Source: an uncultured Verrucomicrobiae bacterium
GTDB taxonomy: Bacteria > Verrucomicrobiota > Verrucomicrobiia > Chthoniobacterales > UBA10450
Reading direction: 5' to 3'
DNA length: 64,000 nt
NCBI GenBank assembly: GCA_963815455.1
Contig: CAWFGO010000001.1
Location: forward strand, 1,344,001 to 1,408,000
The notes under the pieces were generated by a model. It saw only the letters and a list, made by a program, of their open reading frames with translations. It was not told where the DNA came from and made no database searches. This document shows positions 12,802-24,495 of this stretch, piece by piece. The translations under genes were made by a program, and so were the position numbers. The number at the start of each line of letters is the position of its first letter. The first letter of the stretch is position 1.

Positions 12802-14825
12802 TATCTAGCCTCCAGCACGACTACGGAACGCGGTGCGACTTGATAATCGAGCGAATCTATCGGCTCCTCCACAATCTCTTGCCGGCTGGTGTCCACCATG
12901 CGTGTCCAGGCGCCCTCTTTGCCGTCCTGAATGTGGAAGAGTACCGGCTCCCAGAACGCATTGATCATCACGTAGAGGTCGGTCCCGCCGTGCAGACAAT
13001 AAGCCAGCGTGCGTGCCGCGAGATCGACCGGCCCTTTCGCGCCGTACCAATGCACATCCTCGCGCCAATAACGGCTGCGTGCGATCCACGGCCGGGCTTT
13101 GCGAAACGCAATCATGTATTGAAAGAACCGAAATACGTCCCGGTTTTTCTCGAGCAACGACCAATCGAGCCACGTCGCTTCGTTGTCCTGGTTGTACGGA
13201 TTGTTGTTCCCGCGTTGCGTGTTCAGAAACTCGTCGCCGGCGCAAAACATCGGCGTCCCGTTTGCCAGCATCAGCAGCGCGAAGAAGTTCTTCACCTGTT
13301 GGCGGCGTAACGCCAAGACTTCTGCGGATGCGCAGTCGTCACCTTCCCATCCGCAATTCCAACTTCGGTTGTCGGAGGGCCCGTCGCGATTTTCCTGGCG
13401 GTTCGCTTCATTATGTTTTTCGTTGTAGGAGACGAGGTCATACAGGCAAAAGCCGTCATGAGCAGTTACATAATTTACGCTCTGAAATGGCCGGCACACA
13501 TCGCCGGGACCATCCGGAAATAAATCGTCGCTGCCGTACAGACGCTGCATCAACGCCCCGACCATCCCGGCATCGCCTTTAACAAACGAGCGCAGATCAT
13601 CGCGGAATTGCCCGTTCCACTGTCTCCACGCCAGTCCGGGGAAACTCCGCCCCAGTTGGTAGGCATCGACATCCCACGCCTCCGCAACAAGACGGAGATC
13701 AAGCTGCAACGCTATCGCGCTAATCTCAGCGGCGATAGCAGGCGAATCCGTGTTGATGCTGCCGTCTTCATTGCGCGTAAACACCGACGCCAGGTCGAAA
13801 CGAAACCCGTCCACGCCCATTCGCTCACTCCAATGCTGCAAGCTGCGCAAGACGAGGGCGCGCACGCTTGGGTGCGCGCAGCGGGTCGTGTTTCCGCAGC
13901 CGCTGTGGTCTTGGTAACGTCCGCCTGAGCCTAACAAGTAATAGCTGCTATTGTCAATGCCGCGGTACGAATACATCGGCCCAGTTTCGTCGCCTTCGGC
14001 GGTGTGGTTGTAGACAACGTCCAGCCAAACTTCTATTCCCGCCTCATGAAACGCTCGGACCATCTGCCGAAACTCGGCGACCGCGTCGCGCACTGCGTAG
14101 CCTTGGTGCGGCGCGAGGAACCCCAGCGTCATGTAGCCCCAGTAATTGCCCTCCTGCGGATCGAACTGATGCACCGGCAATAACTCCACCACCGTGACAC
14201 CGAGCTCCTTTAAGTAAGGAATCTTCTCGATTAGTCCCAGAAACGTCCCGCGCTTCTCCTTTACCACACCTGAATTAGCGCGGGCGGTGAATCCTTTGAC
14301 GTGCAACTCATAAACGATCGTATCGTGCCTATGCCGCGGCGGCGGCCGCGTGCCCCAATCGAATTCCGCTTCCTCACGAGGCAACACTCCGAGCACGGCG
14401 CGCCCGTCGATCCGACCTGAATGCCTCGCCGCTTCGCGCGAGAAGTTAGGCGGGAAAAATAGCTCTTCGGCATAGGGATCGAACAAAATTTTCTCTGGGT
14501 CGAACCGATGTCCGTTTTTGGGATCCCACGGGCCTTGCACCTGATAACCATAGTACCGCGCCTGCGGTGCAGACTCCCGCTGCACGAGGCAGTGCCAGAT
14601 GCGCGCCGTTTTGTTTTTGAGAGGATTAAGTTGAAGCTGAAATACCGGCTCTAGGAAATCCGTCGCGTTGTACAGCAGCAACGTCACTCCAGTCGCGTGA
14701 CGCGAGTACAATGTGAAATTCCACGCCTGCTCGGTTTCCAGCCAGGTCGCGCCGGGCGGACCAATGCCGCCTTCATCATCCCACGATTCCACCGTGTGGA
14801 CGCGAGTTGAGCCACTCCCTTTCAT
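12801..14825 (-). CDS. glgX: Glycogen debranching enzyme / isoamylase (GH13)
   Basis: YELHVKGFT, NYWGY, DVVYNHT, GVDGFRFDLAS, AEAWD, TAHDGF. Confidence 0.93.
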   Translation of the reverse strand: MKGSGSTRVHTVESWDDEGGIGPPGATWLETEQAWNFTLYSRHATGVTLLLYNATDFLEPVFQLQLNPLKNKTARIWHCLVQRESAPQARYYGYQVQGPWDPKNGHRFDPEKILFDPYAEELFFPPNFSREAARHSGRIDGRAVLGVLPREEAEFDWGTRPPPRHRHDTIVYELHVKGFTARANSGVVKEKRGTFLGLIEKIPYLKELGVTVVELLPVHQFDPQEGNYWGYMTLGFLAPHQGYAVRDAVAEFRQMVRAFHEAGIEVWLDVVYNHTAEGDETGPMYSYRGIDNSSYYLLGSGGRYQDHSGCGNTTRCAHPSVRALVLRSLQHWSERMGVDGFRFDLASVFTRNEDGSINTDSPAIAAEISAIALQLDLRLVAEAWDVDAYQLGRSFPGLAWRQWNGQFRDDLRSFVKGDAGMVGALMQRLYGSDDLFPDGPGDVCRPFQSVNYVTAHDGFCLYDLVSYNEKHNEANRQENRDGPSDNRSWNCGWEGDDCASAEVLALRRQQVKNFFALLMLANGTPMFCAGDEFLNTQRGNNNPYNQDNEATWLDWSLLEKNRDVFRFFQYMIAFRKARPWIARSRYWREDVHWYGAKGPVDLAARTLAYCLHGGTDLYVMINAFWEPVLFHIQDGKEGAWTRMVDTSRQEIVEEPIDSLDYQVAPRSVVVLEAR

Positions 14826-14888
14826 AAAACGTTAGCAGAAAGTCTCAGAGAACGCATGATCTCACTCGCCTCTTTAATTCTCGTCTCT

Positions 14889-15791
14889 TTAGGTGGTGGA
14901 CGCCTCGAAGATACTCTGAATGGATTTGTCCAGCATGGCGTTGAACTCAGCATCGGATTGCTGAGCCGAGAGCCCTTCTGCAAGGGCTCGCGAAAAGCTC
15001 GCAACAACCCCATGATTCCGGCGCAAGCGGTTGTTGGCTTCTTCCCGCGAATAACCACCCGACAACGCAACCACCCTCAACACTTTGGGATGTTTGACGA
15101 AATCGGCGTAGAAGTTGTCTTGCTCGGGTAGGGTGAGCTTGAGCATCACCAACTGGCCCGCTGGCAGTTGGTTGAGTTTCTCGAGAATAGCTGCCTTAAG
15201 CAACCCTTCGGCTTTGGCCTTTTCCGGGCAGTGAATATCAACCTCCGGCTCGACGATCGGCACCAGTCCGGCGGCAATAATCTGCGCAGCCAGCTCGAAC
15301 TGCTGGTTCACGATGTCCTTGATCCCAGCTTCATTGGCTTGCTTGATAAACGAGCGCTCCTTGGTTCCGAAGATGCGCTTCCCTTTGCCTTTCTCGAGCA
15401 GCGCCGCCAGCGCGGGTATCGGCTTCATTAGCTGGACACCGTCCTTCTCGGTTTCGAGGCCCTTGTCTACTTTCAGGAACGGCACGACCCGTTTTACGTT
15501 CCAAAGATAGTCAGCTGTAGGTTGCCCCTGGATGTCCCTGTCCATCGTGTTCTCGAACAGGATGGCGCCAATGATCCGCTCTCCGGTAAAGCTGGGACTG
15601 GTAATCATGCGGGTGCGCATCTGGTGCACGATCACGTACATCTCCTCGTCGTTAGACCATGCATCTTCTTTGATTCCGTAAAGAGCCAGCGCCTTTGGCG
15701 TGCTGCCGCCGCTTTGATCCAGCGCTGCGATGAAGCCGGGATGCGTCCTCATCTTCTGCAGTTGTTGTTCGTTCAAGCCAATTGATTTCAT
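14889..15791 (-). CDS. fda: Class I fructose-bisphosphate aldolase (Staphylococcus Fda type)
   Basis: [50 protein letters not shown] upstream. Confidence 0.93.
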   Translation of the reverse strand: MKSIGLNEQQLQKMRTHPGFIAALDQSGGSTPKALALYGIKEDAWSNDEEMYVIVHQMRTRMITSPSFTGERIIGAILFENTMDRDIQGQPTADYLWNVKRVVPFLKVDKGLETEKDGVQLMKPIPALAALLEKGKGKRIFGTKERSFIKQANEAGIKDIVNQQFELAAQIIAAGLVPIVEPEVDIHCPEKAKAEGLLKAAILEKLNQLPAGQLVMLKLTLPEQDNFYADFVKHPKVLRVVALSGGYSREEANNRLRRNHGVVASFSRALAEGLSAQQSDAEFNAMLDKSIQSIFEASTT

Positions 15792-15822
15792 AATGCCTCC
15801 TTTGGTCTTCGAGATTGATAAA

Positions 15823-17409
15823 TCAGGTTGTTGATTGAGCTATCATGGACAAGAGCGGGCGTTTCGTTTGAGTTTGCCGCAGACGATTTGATTTTGTCGT
15901 CAGGTATCGGAGTGAGTGAAAATCAGCAGCTGCCAACAACTCTTCGGGGCAACGCCAGCTCCAGTTGCCTTCCGCGTGACCGGGAACGTTCATTCGAGCC
16001 TCTGCCCCGAGATTGAGAAGATCTTGTAAAGGAGCGATGGCAAGCGCAGCCGGAGACGACCACGCCAAACGCATCAAATCCCAGGCGACTTCGCGACTGT
16101 CACGCTCCGGTGAGTTGAGGTAACGCCACAAGTTCTGGCGCTGATCCGGAGGCAACCCTTCATACCATCCACGGCTTGTAGGATTGTCGTGCGTCCCGGT
16201 ATAAGCGACCATGTTTGAGAGGTAGTTGTGAGGGAGGTGCGGGTTATCCGAATGGCCGTCGAAGGCAAATTGCAACACACGGGTCCCAGGCACCTGAAAC
16301 TGATCGCGGAGCGCGTGAACGTCCGCCGTGATCAGACCTAAATCCTCAGCGATGAAAGGTAGTTGACCTAACTCTTTTTTCACCGCCTCGAAGAAATCAG
16401 CGCCCGGACCTGGCACCCACTGGCCGGTTTGGGCGGTAGGCGCTCCGGCCGGAACATGCCACGCCGCAGCGAAGGCGCGGAAGTGATCCAGACGAATCAC
16501 ATCTACGTGTGCGAGCAGAGCGCGCAAACGATCGATGCACCAACGATAGCCGGTTTGCCGGAGTGTCTCCCAGTTGTAGACCGGGTTGCCCCAGAGCTGG
16601 CCCTGGGCGCTGAAATAATCCGGAGGTACGCCAGCCATGAAGCGCGGCCTCCCTTGGTCGTCCAACAAGAATAACTCCGGATTGGCCCAAACGTCACTCG
16701 AGTCCGGAGAAACAAAAAAGGGCAGATCGCCGATCAGGCGCAAGCCTTTCGCTCTAGCATGTTTTTGAAGCCGTTCTCCTTGGCGAAACAAAAGGAATTG
16801 AGCGAAACAAACTTGATCGACTCGAGTTGCGAGATCACGCCGGGCCTGGGCCAAAACTTTCGGTGTGCGCCGGACCAACTCTATCGGCCACTCGACGTAG
16901 TAGGCGTCATTATACTGAAATTTCAGCGCTCGGAAGAGTGCGTAGTCTTCCAACCAGTGCGCCTGTTCGTGGCAAAATTGTTCAAAAACAACTCGTAACT
17001 CCGTGAATCCGCCTTTGCTAAAATTGGTCCAGGCTTTTTCGAGTAAACGGTGTTTGAACGGAATAACCGTGTTGTAATCGACGGAAGATTGAGAGACTGA
17101 GGGTCCCGCGCAGTCATCGGCGCATAACAAGCCGTCCTCGATGAGCCAGTCTGGACTGATCAGCAGACCGTTGCCGGCAAAGGATGAGAGCGATGAATAA
17201 GGAGAGTTTCCGTAACCGGTCGGGCCCAACGGCAATGCTTGCCACCAACTTTGGCCTGCGTCGGCAAGTTGATCGATCCATGCGATCGCGCCTGGTCCTA
17301 CGTCGCCAATCCCATAGGGCGAGGGCAACGAGATAACGTGCAGAAGCAAGCCGGAGGCACGGTAGGACGATGGAAATGGGGGGAGATTCGGATCGCTGTC
17401 GTTAGTCAT
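15823..17409 (-). CDS. malQ: 4-alpha-glucanotransferase (amylomaltase, GH77)
   Basis: GLLLHxx[39 protein letters not shown]. Confidence 0.95.
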   Translation of the reverse strand: MTNDSDPNLPPFPSSYRASGLLLHVISLPSPYGIGDVGPGAIAWIDQLADAGQSWWQALPLGPTGYGNSPYSSLSSFAGNGLLISPDWLIEDGLLCADDCAGPSVSQSSVDYNTVIPFKHRLLEKAWTNFSKGGFTELRVVFEQFCHEQAHWLEDYALFRALKFQYNDAYYVEWPIELVRRTPKVLAQARRDLATRVDQVCFAQFLLFRQGERLQKHARAKGLRLIGDLPFFVSPDSSDVWANPELFLLDDQGRPRFMAGVPPDYFSAQGQLWGNPVYNWETLRQTGYRWCIDRLRALLAHVDVIRLDHFRAFAAAWHVPAGAPTAQTGQWVPGPGADFFEAVKKELGQLPFIAEDLGLITADVHALRDQFQVPGTRVLQFAFDGHSDNPHLPHNYLSNMVAYTGTHDNPTSRGWYEGLPPDQRQNLWRYLNSPERDSREVAWDLMRLAWSSPAALAIAPLQDLLNLGAEARMNVPGHAEGNWSWRCPEELLAAADFHSLRYLTTKSNRLRQTQTKRPLLSMIAQSTT

Positions 17410-19082
17410 TAGCGCACCTCCTGTTCCTGAAGAACCGAATCAGACGACTTGAGCGCTTCGGTCACAATTTCCTTAGCCTCGTGCACGATCGCGGCTAAAT
17501 GATTTTCATCTTTAAAGCTCTCCGCATAAATCTTGTAGATGTTCTCGGTGCCGGAAGGCCGTGCCGCAAACCAGCCATGATCGGTCACGACCTTCAGCCC
17601 GCCGATCGGGGCGCCGTTACCCGGAGCGGAGGTCAATTTGGCAGTGATCCGTTCGCCGGCCAGGATATCCGTGGCGACTGATTCGGGCGATAACTTTTGC
17701 AGCCGCGCCTTCTGATCAGGCGTCGCCGGCGCATCGATGCGCGTATAGTATGGCGTCCCGAACTCGGTTGTTAATTCCTGATATAGCTCGCCCGGGTCCT
17801 TGCCAGTGCGCGCCGTGATTTCCGCTGCCAGTAAATCCATGATCGGGCCGTCTTTGTCGGTCGTCCAAACGCTGCCGTCCTTCCGGAGAAAGCTTGCGCC
17901 CGCGCTTTCCTCGCCGCCAAAACAAAGCGAGCCACCGAACAATCCCCGCACGAACCACTTGAAGCCCACCGGCACTTCACAAAGCGAGCGCCCCAGCTTA
18001 CCCACCACACGATCAATCATGCTGCTGCTGACCAAGGTCTTACCGACTGCGACGTGAGCTGGCCAGTTAGGCCGATGCATCAGCAAATAGCGGATGCCGA
18101 CAGCGAGGTAGTGATTCGGGTTCATCAAACCGGACGAAGGTGTGACAATACCGTGGCGATCGGCGTCCGGATCGTTGGCGAACGCAATGTCGTATCGGTT
18201 CTTGAGGTCTACGAGACGCGCCATGGCATACGGACTCGACGGATCCATGCGAATCTGACCGTCATGATCGACCGTCATGAACGAGAAGGTCGGATCCAGC
18301 CTCCGGTTCACGACCGCGATCTCTATATTATAGACAGCGTTGATCGGCTCCCAGTAGGGTAAGCTCGACCCGCCGAGGGGATCGACCGCCAACTTTAGGC
18401 CAGCGCTGCGAATCGCGTCCATGTCGATGATGTTTCTCAGATCCTCGACGTAGGGCAGGACAAAATCTTGGTGGTGGGTCGTGTTTGCTTTGATTGCGGC
18501 GGCAAACGATACGCGTTTAATACCGGACGCGTCTCGCAACAGTTCATTGGCGCGGTCTTCAACCCATCGTGTGACATCGGTATCAGCCGGGCCACCGTTG
18601 GGCGGATTGTACTTGAAGCCCCCGTCCGCCGGCGGGTTGTGCGAAGGTGTGATAACAATGCCGTCGGCGAGGTGCTTTTTACGATCCCGATTATAAACGA
18701 GGATGGCTCGCGAGATGACTGGCGTCGGCGTGAAGCCGTTGTCTTTCTGGATGATGGTCTCCACTTCGTTGGCCGCCAGCACCTCTAGGGCGGTGCGTTG
18801 GGCCGGCCCGGACATCGCGTGAGTGTCCTTGCCCATGAAAAGTGGGCCATCGTAGTTCCGGGTGCGCCGGTAATCACAAATGGCCTGTGTGATGGCCAGA
18901 ATATGTGATTCGGTGAATGATCCGTTCAGCGGCGAGCCGCGATGTCCGCTGGTGCCGAAGCTTACCAGTTGATTCCAATTTCCCAAGTCGGGGCGACGCT
19001 CGTAATACTCGCGTTCAAGCCGACTCGGATCTATCAGCAGCTCTTTGGGAGCCGGTTTGCCTGCAACTGGGGAAACTGGCAT
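17409..19082 (-). CDS. pgm: Phosphoglucomutase (alpha-D-glucose-1,6-bisphosphate dependent)
   Basis: [39 protein letters not shown] upstream of the ATG at 19082. Confidence 0.95.
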   Translation of the reverse strand: MPVSPVAGKPAPKELLIDPSRLEREYYERRPDLGNWNQLVSFGTSGHRGSPLNGSFTESHILAITQAICDYRRTRNYDGPLFMGKDTHAMSGPAQRTALEVLAANEVETIIQKDNGFTPTPVISRAILVYNRDRKKHLADGIVITPSHNPPADGGFKYNPPNGGPADTDVTRWVEDRANELLRDASGIKRVSFAAAIKANTTHHQDFVLPYVEDLRNIIDMDAIRSAGLKLAVDPLGGSSLPYWEPINAVYNIEIAVVNRRLDPTFSFMTVDHDGQIRMDPSSPYAMARLVDLKNRYDIAFANDPDADRHGIVTPSSGLMNPNHYLAVGIRYLLMHRPNWPAHVAVGKTLVSSSMIDRVVGKLGRSLCEVPVGFKWFVRGLFGGSLCFGGEESAGASFLRKDGSVWTTDKDGPIMDLLAAEITARTGKDPGELYQELTTEFGTPYYTRIDAPATPDQKARLQKLSPESVATDILAGERITAKLTSAPGNGAPIGGLKVVTDHGWFAARPSGTENIYKIYAESFKDENHLAAIVHEAKEIVTEALKSSDSVLQEQEVR

Positions 19083-19113
19083 GGGTCTCAATCCTCCTTC
19101 TCACCTGTGGAGA

Positions 19114-21630
19114 CTAGGAAACCGGGCACGCCTTTGCATTCCAAATGTCGGCCGCATATTGCGCAATCGTTCGGTCGCTCGAGAATTTTCCTGAGCCAGC
19201 CACATTCAAGATCGCCTTACGAGACCATCCCGCCGAGTCGGCGTAGAGGTCGCATAGCTGCCGGTCCGCTTCCAGATAGGACTTGAGATCCGCCAAATGC
19301 ATGTAGTGATCGCCGTTAGTCAGAAGCGCATCCCGCAGTGGAGCAAAGATGCCCGGCTCATTGCGGTTGAAGTAGTCGGAGAAAATCAGGTCCAACGCCG
19401 CGCGGGTCTCCGGGTCGTTATCGTAATGCCACTGCGGCTTGTACCAGCCGCGATTTGCGGCCACCTGTTCCGCCGTCAGGCCGAACAGGAAGAAATTTTC
19501 CTCGCCCGCTTCTTCTGCCATCTCGATGGTTGCACCATCGCGCGTGCCGATCGTCAAAGCGCCGTTCATCATGAATTTCATGTTGCTCGTGCCACTGGCT
19601 TCGTAGCCGGCGGTGGAAATCTGATTGGAGACATCAGCGGCAGGAATCAGCCGCTCCGCCATGGAAACACAGTAATCGGGCAGAAACAAAACCTTGAGCC
19701 GTCCGCGGATCGTCGGGTCGCGATCGATCGTGTCGGCGAGATTGTTGATGAACTTGATGATGACTTTGGCCAGGTGATAAGCAGGCGCCGCTTTGCCTGC
19801 GAAGAAGAAAGTTCGCGGCGCCATCTCGAGATTGGGATTCTCGCGCAGCCGATTATATAGGACCACAATCCGGAGCGCGTTCAGTAGTTGGCGCTTGTAT
19901 TCATGTATGCGCTTGATCTGGCAATCAAAGATGCTGTCCGGGTCTACCGTTTCTCCACTGGTTTGCTTCAGCCAATCAGCAAATGAGAGTTTGGCGTCGC
20001 GTTTAGCCTTGCGAAAACCTTCAAGTAATGCGTGATCACCGGCCAGTGGCTTGAGCTTTTTCAACTCGCTCAGATCGGTAATCCAGCCGTCGCCGATCGC
20101 ATCGCTTATTGTTCGCGAGAGCGCTGGATTCGCCATCAGCAGCCAGCGGCGCGGTGTGACGCCATTGGTCTTGTTGCTGAAACGCTCAGGAAACAACTCG
20201 GCCAGGTCCCTGACCGTCATCGTACGCAGCAACTCGGAATGAATCGCGGCGACGCCATTGGTGCTATGCGAGCCGACGATGGCGAGGTTAGCCATCCGAA
20301 TCTTGCGTTGGGCGCCTTCCTCGATGAGGCTTACGCGCTGAACTCGCCCCTCGTCTCCGGGAAACCGCGTTCGAACTTCATCAATCAGGCGGCGATTGAT
20401 TTCGTAGATAATCTCGAGATGACGCGGCAGCATGTCGGCAAACCATGCCAGCGGCCATTTCTCAAGAGCTTCGGGCAGTAACGTGTGATTGGTGTAGGCC
20501 AAGGTCCTTCGCGTAAGGTCCCAAGCCTCATCCCAACCGAGATGTGCTTCGTCGAGTAAAATCCGCATCAACTCCGGCACGGCCATGGTCGGGTGCGTGT
20601 CGTTAAGCTGAATAGCAACTTTGTCCGGTAGTTTGCTCCAGTCGTTGTTAGTCCTGCGGAAGCGGCGCACTAGGTCGGCCAGCGAGCAAGCGACGAGAAA
20701 ATATTCCTGCACGAAACGCAATCCCTGACCCATGCTTGTGGTGTCGTCGGGATACAGCACCCGGGTCAGGGATTCGGCCTCGAGTGTCTCCGCCAGTGCT
20801 CCGACGAAATCGCCGCTGCTGAATTCTTGAAAATTAAAGTAATCGTGTGCTGCCGCGGCCCAAAGGCGGAGAGTATTAATGGTCTTGCCCCCATAGCCCA
20901 CTACCGGGCGATCGAATGGAATGCCGATCAGAGCGGACGGCTGATTGAGCACAACGCGCAAGCTCCCGCCGTGCACCTCGAACGAGCAGTTAAGCGGGAC
21001 ACTGACCGTCTCGTTTTGGCGGCAGACTTCCCAAGGGTCCGGGCGACGGAGCCAATTATCTGGAACTTCGTGTTGCGCGCCATGTTCAATGGTTTGCCTG
21101 AACATCCCGTATTCGTAGCGGAGTCCATAACCCACAGCCGGGATCTTCATCGTGGCCATCGAATCGAGGAAACAGGCCGCCAGACGCCCCAGTCCCCCAT
21201 TGCCCAATCCCGCGTCGGGCTCCTGTTCCAGTAACTCGTACCAATCGAGCTTTTTTTCCTGAACGAGTTGTCTAGTGACTTCGTCAAGGAGGAGGTTCGT
21301 GACATTGTTAGCCAACGAACGACCGATAAGAAATTCCATCGAGAGATAGTAAACGCGCTTGGGGTCGTTGCGTTCATAGGTCTTCTCGGTGCGAATCCAT
21401 CGTTGCGAAAGGACATCACGCATGGAATGAGCGACGGCTTCGAAGCGCTCTCGAGCGCCGATATCGGCCGCTTCCATAACATTATCAAAGATGAGGTGGC
21501 GCTCATAAAGAGCTTCGTCCGTTCCGGCGAACTGAACCGGCCCGCATCCGTATTGCTCAATGAGCTTCGATAACTCTTTGGATTCCGTTAGGCTTGCGGA
21601 AGCCCGCTTGTCTTCGATTAACGTTTCCAT
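19114..21630 (-). CDS. glgP: Glycogen/starch phosphorylase (GT35)
   Basis: GLGNGGLGRLAACF, QLNDTHP, KRIHEYKRQ, EASGTSNMK; AAAGGA RBS before the ATG at 21630. Confidence 0.95.
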   Translation of the reverse strand: METLIEDKRASASLTESKELSKLIEQYGCGPVQFAGTDEALYERHLIFDNVMEAADIGARERFEAVAHSMRDVLSQRWIRTEKTYERNDPKRVYYLSMEFLIGRSLANNVTNLLLDEVTRQLVQEKKLDWYELLEQEPDAGLGNGGLGRLAACFLDSMATMKIPAVGYGLRYEYGMFRQTIEHGAQHEVPDNWLRRPDPWEVCRQNETVSVPLNCSFEVHGGSLRVVLNQPSALIGIPFDRPVVGYGGKTINTLRLWAAAAHDYFNFQEFSSGDFVGALAETLEAESLTRVLYPDDTTSMGQGLRFVQEYFLVACSLADLVRRFRRTNNDWSKLPDKVAIQLNDTHPTMAVPELMRILLDEAHLGWDEAWDLTRRTLAYTNHTLLPEALEKWPLAWFADMLPRHLEIIYEINRRLIDEVRTRFPGDEGRVQRVSLIEEGAQRKIRMANLAIVGSHSTNGVAAIHSELLRTMTVRDLAELFPERFSNKTNGVTPRRWLLMANPALSRTISDAIGDGWITDLSELKKLKPLAGDHALLEGFRKAKRDAKLSFADWLKQTSGETVDPDSIFDCQIKRIHEYKRQLLNALRIVVLYNRLRENPNLEMAPRTFFFAGKAAPAYHLAKVIIKFINNLADTIDRDPTIRGRLKVLFLPDYCVSMAERLIPAADVSNQISTAGYEASGTSNMKFMMNGALTIGTRDGATIEMAEEAGEENFFLFGLTAEQVAANRGWYKPQWHYDNDPETRAALDLIFSDYFNRNEPGIFAPLRDALLTNGDHYMHLADLKSYLEADRQLCDLYADSAGWSRKAILNVAGSGKFSSDRTIAQYAADIWNAKACPVS

Positions 21631-21706
21631 CACAGTTGTTCCTTTCTGAGTCTCGGTTTTGGGCACCGTCTGATCTGTCAGTGACATGGCGTGATTCACC
21701 GACTGC

Positions 21707-24275
21707 TTAGACATTGTCGCCTTCCGTCGAGCTTCTCCGTTTCGTTCCCGCAGTCGCCTGGCCCCATTGCCAGTCGGTGATCTCGGGCATGTCTTCGCCG
21801 TACCTGGCAATATACTGCTTGTGTTCGAGTAACTTGTCGCAAATCGCTTGTTTGGCGTAGGCCGCGCGCGCCCCTAGTTGCGGCAACCGATCGATCACAT
21901 CGCCGACAAGATGGAATCGATCGAGATCGTTCCTCACTACCATGTCAAACGGTGTGCTCGTGGTGCCTTCTTCCTTATAGCCACGGACATGCAGATTCTT
22001 GTGATTCGTACGCCGGTAGGTTAATCGATGAATCAACCACGGATAGCCGTGGAAGGCGAAGACGATGGGTTTGTCTTTGGTAAAGAGCGCATTGAAGTCC
22101 TGGTCCGATAGGCCATGCGGATGCTCGCTCTGCGGTTGCAGTTTCATCAAGTCGACGACGTTGATGACGCGGACCTTCAGCGCAGGAAGATGCTGGCGGA
22201 AGAGATCTACGGCAGCCAGCGTTTCCAGCGTCGGTACATCCCCGCAACAGGCCATCACGACGTCTGGTTCTCCTTCTTTGTCATTGCTCGCCCATTCCCA
22301 GATTCCGATGCCAGCCGTGCAATGTTTGACCGCCTGGTCCATCGTCAACCACTGAGGAGCGGGCTGTTTGCCTGCGACCACGACGTTGACATAGTTGCGG
22401 CTGCGCAGGCAGTGATCGGTCACAGAAAGGAGCGTGTTCGCGTCCGGCGGAAGATAAACGCGAACGACCTCTGCTTTCTTGTTTACTACGTGATCGATGA
22501 ACCCGGGGTCCTGGTGGCTGAATCCATTGTGATCCTGTCGCCAGACGTGGGACGACAACAGATAATTGAGCGAGGCGATCGGGCGCCGCCAAGGTATCTC
22601 ATGACACACCTTCAGCCACTTCGCATGCTGATTGAACATCGAGTCGATGATGTGGATAAACGCTTCGTAGCAGGAAAAAAAACCGTGCCGGCCGGTTAAC
22701 AGGTATCCTTCCAGCCATCCCTGGCACTGGTGTTCGCTGAGCATTTCCATCACCCTACCGTCCGGGGCCAAATGGTCGTCGGTACGGGTAGCGCTCCGCC
22801 ATCCAGGCGCGATTGGTGACTTCCATTGCATCCTGCCACCGGTTTGAGTTGTTCTCGTCCGGACTAAACAAACGGAAGTTTCGACTCTCCATGTTCAGCT
22901 TCATCGTGTCTCGCAGGAATTTCCCCATCACGCGGGTGGACTCGGCCGTGATCGCGCCGGGCTTTGTCACCTTCACGGCGTAGTCACAGAAGTCCGGAAG
23001 GCGCAGGTCTCTGAGTAGAACGCCGCCGTTGGCGTGTGGATTGGCGCTCATGCGACGGTTCCCCTTCGGCGGCAATTCGGCGAGTTCGAGTTTCAACCGT
23101 CCGGTTTTGTCGAACAGTTCCTCTGGCTTATAACTCTTCATCCATTTTTCGAGGATCTTTATGTGGGCCGGCTTTTCGTGCATCTCGCCCATTGGCACCT
23201 GGTGGCTCCGCCAGTAGTCCTCGGTCCGTTTCCCGTCAATCTCCTTCGGACAGGTCCATCCTTTGGGTGAACGGAGAATGATCATTGGCCAGAGCGGTCG
23301 TTTCTTGCCGCCGCTACGGCTGGCCTCGGCCTTGATGCGGTGAATATCTTCGAGGATCTTGTCGAGCGTCGAAGCCATCAGTTGATGCATCTTCTCCGGA
23401 TCACTGCCTTCAACAAAATAGGGCGTGTAGCCGTAGCCGCGGAAAAGCTGATCCAACTCTTGATGACTGATGCGGGCCAGCACGGTCGGATTGGCAATCT
23501 TGTATCCGTTCAGGTGCAGGATCGGGAGCACCACGCCGTCAGTTAGGGGATTAAGAAACTTGTTGGAATGCCAGGAGGTCGCCAGCGGGCCGGTTTCCGC
23601 CTCACCGTCGCCGACCACACAAGCCACGATTAAGTCGGGGTTGTCGTAGGCAGCCCCGTAGGCGTGCGAAACGGAGTAACCCAATTCACCTCCTTCGTGA
23701 ATGGATCCCGGAGTCTCGGGTGCCACATGGCTGGGAATGCCACCTGGGAATGAGAACTGGGTGAACAGCCGCTTCATTCCCTCTTCGTCCTGTGCGATGT
23801 TCGGATAGACCTCGGAGTAGGTTCCTTCCATATAGGCATTGGCGACGATGCCGGGACCGCCGTGGCCGGGACCGATAATGTAGATCATGTTGAGATCCCG
23901 TTGCTTGATCACTCGATTCAAATGGGCATAGATGAAATTCAACCCAGGAGTGGTCCCCCAATGACCGAGCAGGCGGGGTTTAACGTGCTCCTTCTTCAAC
24001 GGCTTTTTCAGCAGGGGATTGTCATATAGGTAAATCTGCCCCACCGAAAGGTAGTTCGCCGCCCGCCAGTAGGCGTCGATCTTGTCCAACTCGTCGCGAC
24101 TGAGCGGCGCACCCTTAACGGAGCGAGCGGTGTCGTAGGCGGAGATCGCTTCATCGTTAGGGACTTCCTTTTTGGAACTGCGTAGGGCGCGCTTGACCAT
24201 CGACTTTCTAGCGCGGCGATCAGAGCGTGCTGCGTTACGGGCTTCTTTTTTAATCTTAATAGTAGGTGTTATCAT
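21707..24275 (-). CDS. xfp: Xylulose-5-P/fructose-6-P phosphoketolase, split by one +1 frameshift near 22781
   Basis: ORFs 22755..24275 ([22 protein letters not shown]) and 21707..22831 ([24 protein letters not shown]) join at [13 protein letters not shown]. Confidence 0.92.
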
Positions 24276-24313
24276 TTGATGCTCCCTTCACCGGAGTTTG
24301 CCTGTTGGTTCAT
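24272..24313 (-). CDS. Putative 13-aa leader peptide [13 protein letters not shown] coupled to xfp
   Basis: ATG lies at the conserved +33 position of promoter motif copy 1; its TGA overlaps the xfp ATG (ATGA). Confidence 0.35.
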   Translation of the reverse strand: MNQQANSGEGSIK

Positions 24314-24346
24314 TAATATTTCCCGAGTTTGCAGGCGGACATTTCG
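24311..24346 (-). promoter_or_regulatory. Putative ECF promoter, copy 1 (upstream of xfp operon)
   Basis: CGAAAT-GTCCGCCTGCAAACT-CGGGAAATATTA-ATG. Confidence 0.7.
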
Positions 24347-24495
24347 GGAAAGGTTGCAGTTTCGGCTGAGCGCCGTCTCACGAACTGCGTCATATAAGAT
24401 ATAGAGAGGGGGTCGGAAGGTGTTCGTTGGCCGCGCGCCAGTAGGCATCCCATCTTGCCCAGCAACCCGGGCACAGGAACTCCAGTCTGATTTTC

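Noticed and set aside
21707..24275. Phosphoketolase as a natural two-subunit enzyme
   Set aside because: The total length is 3n+1, a single-base removal restores a canonical Xfp, and the second part has no RBS
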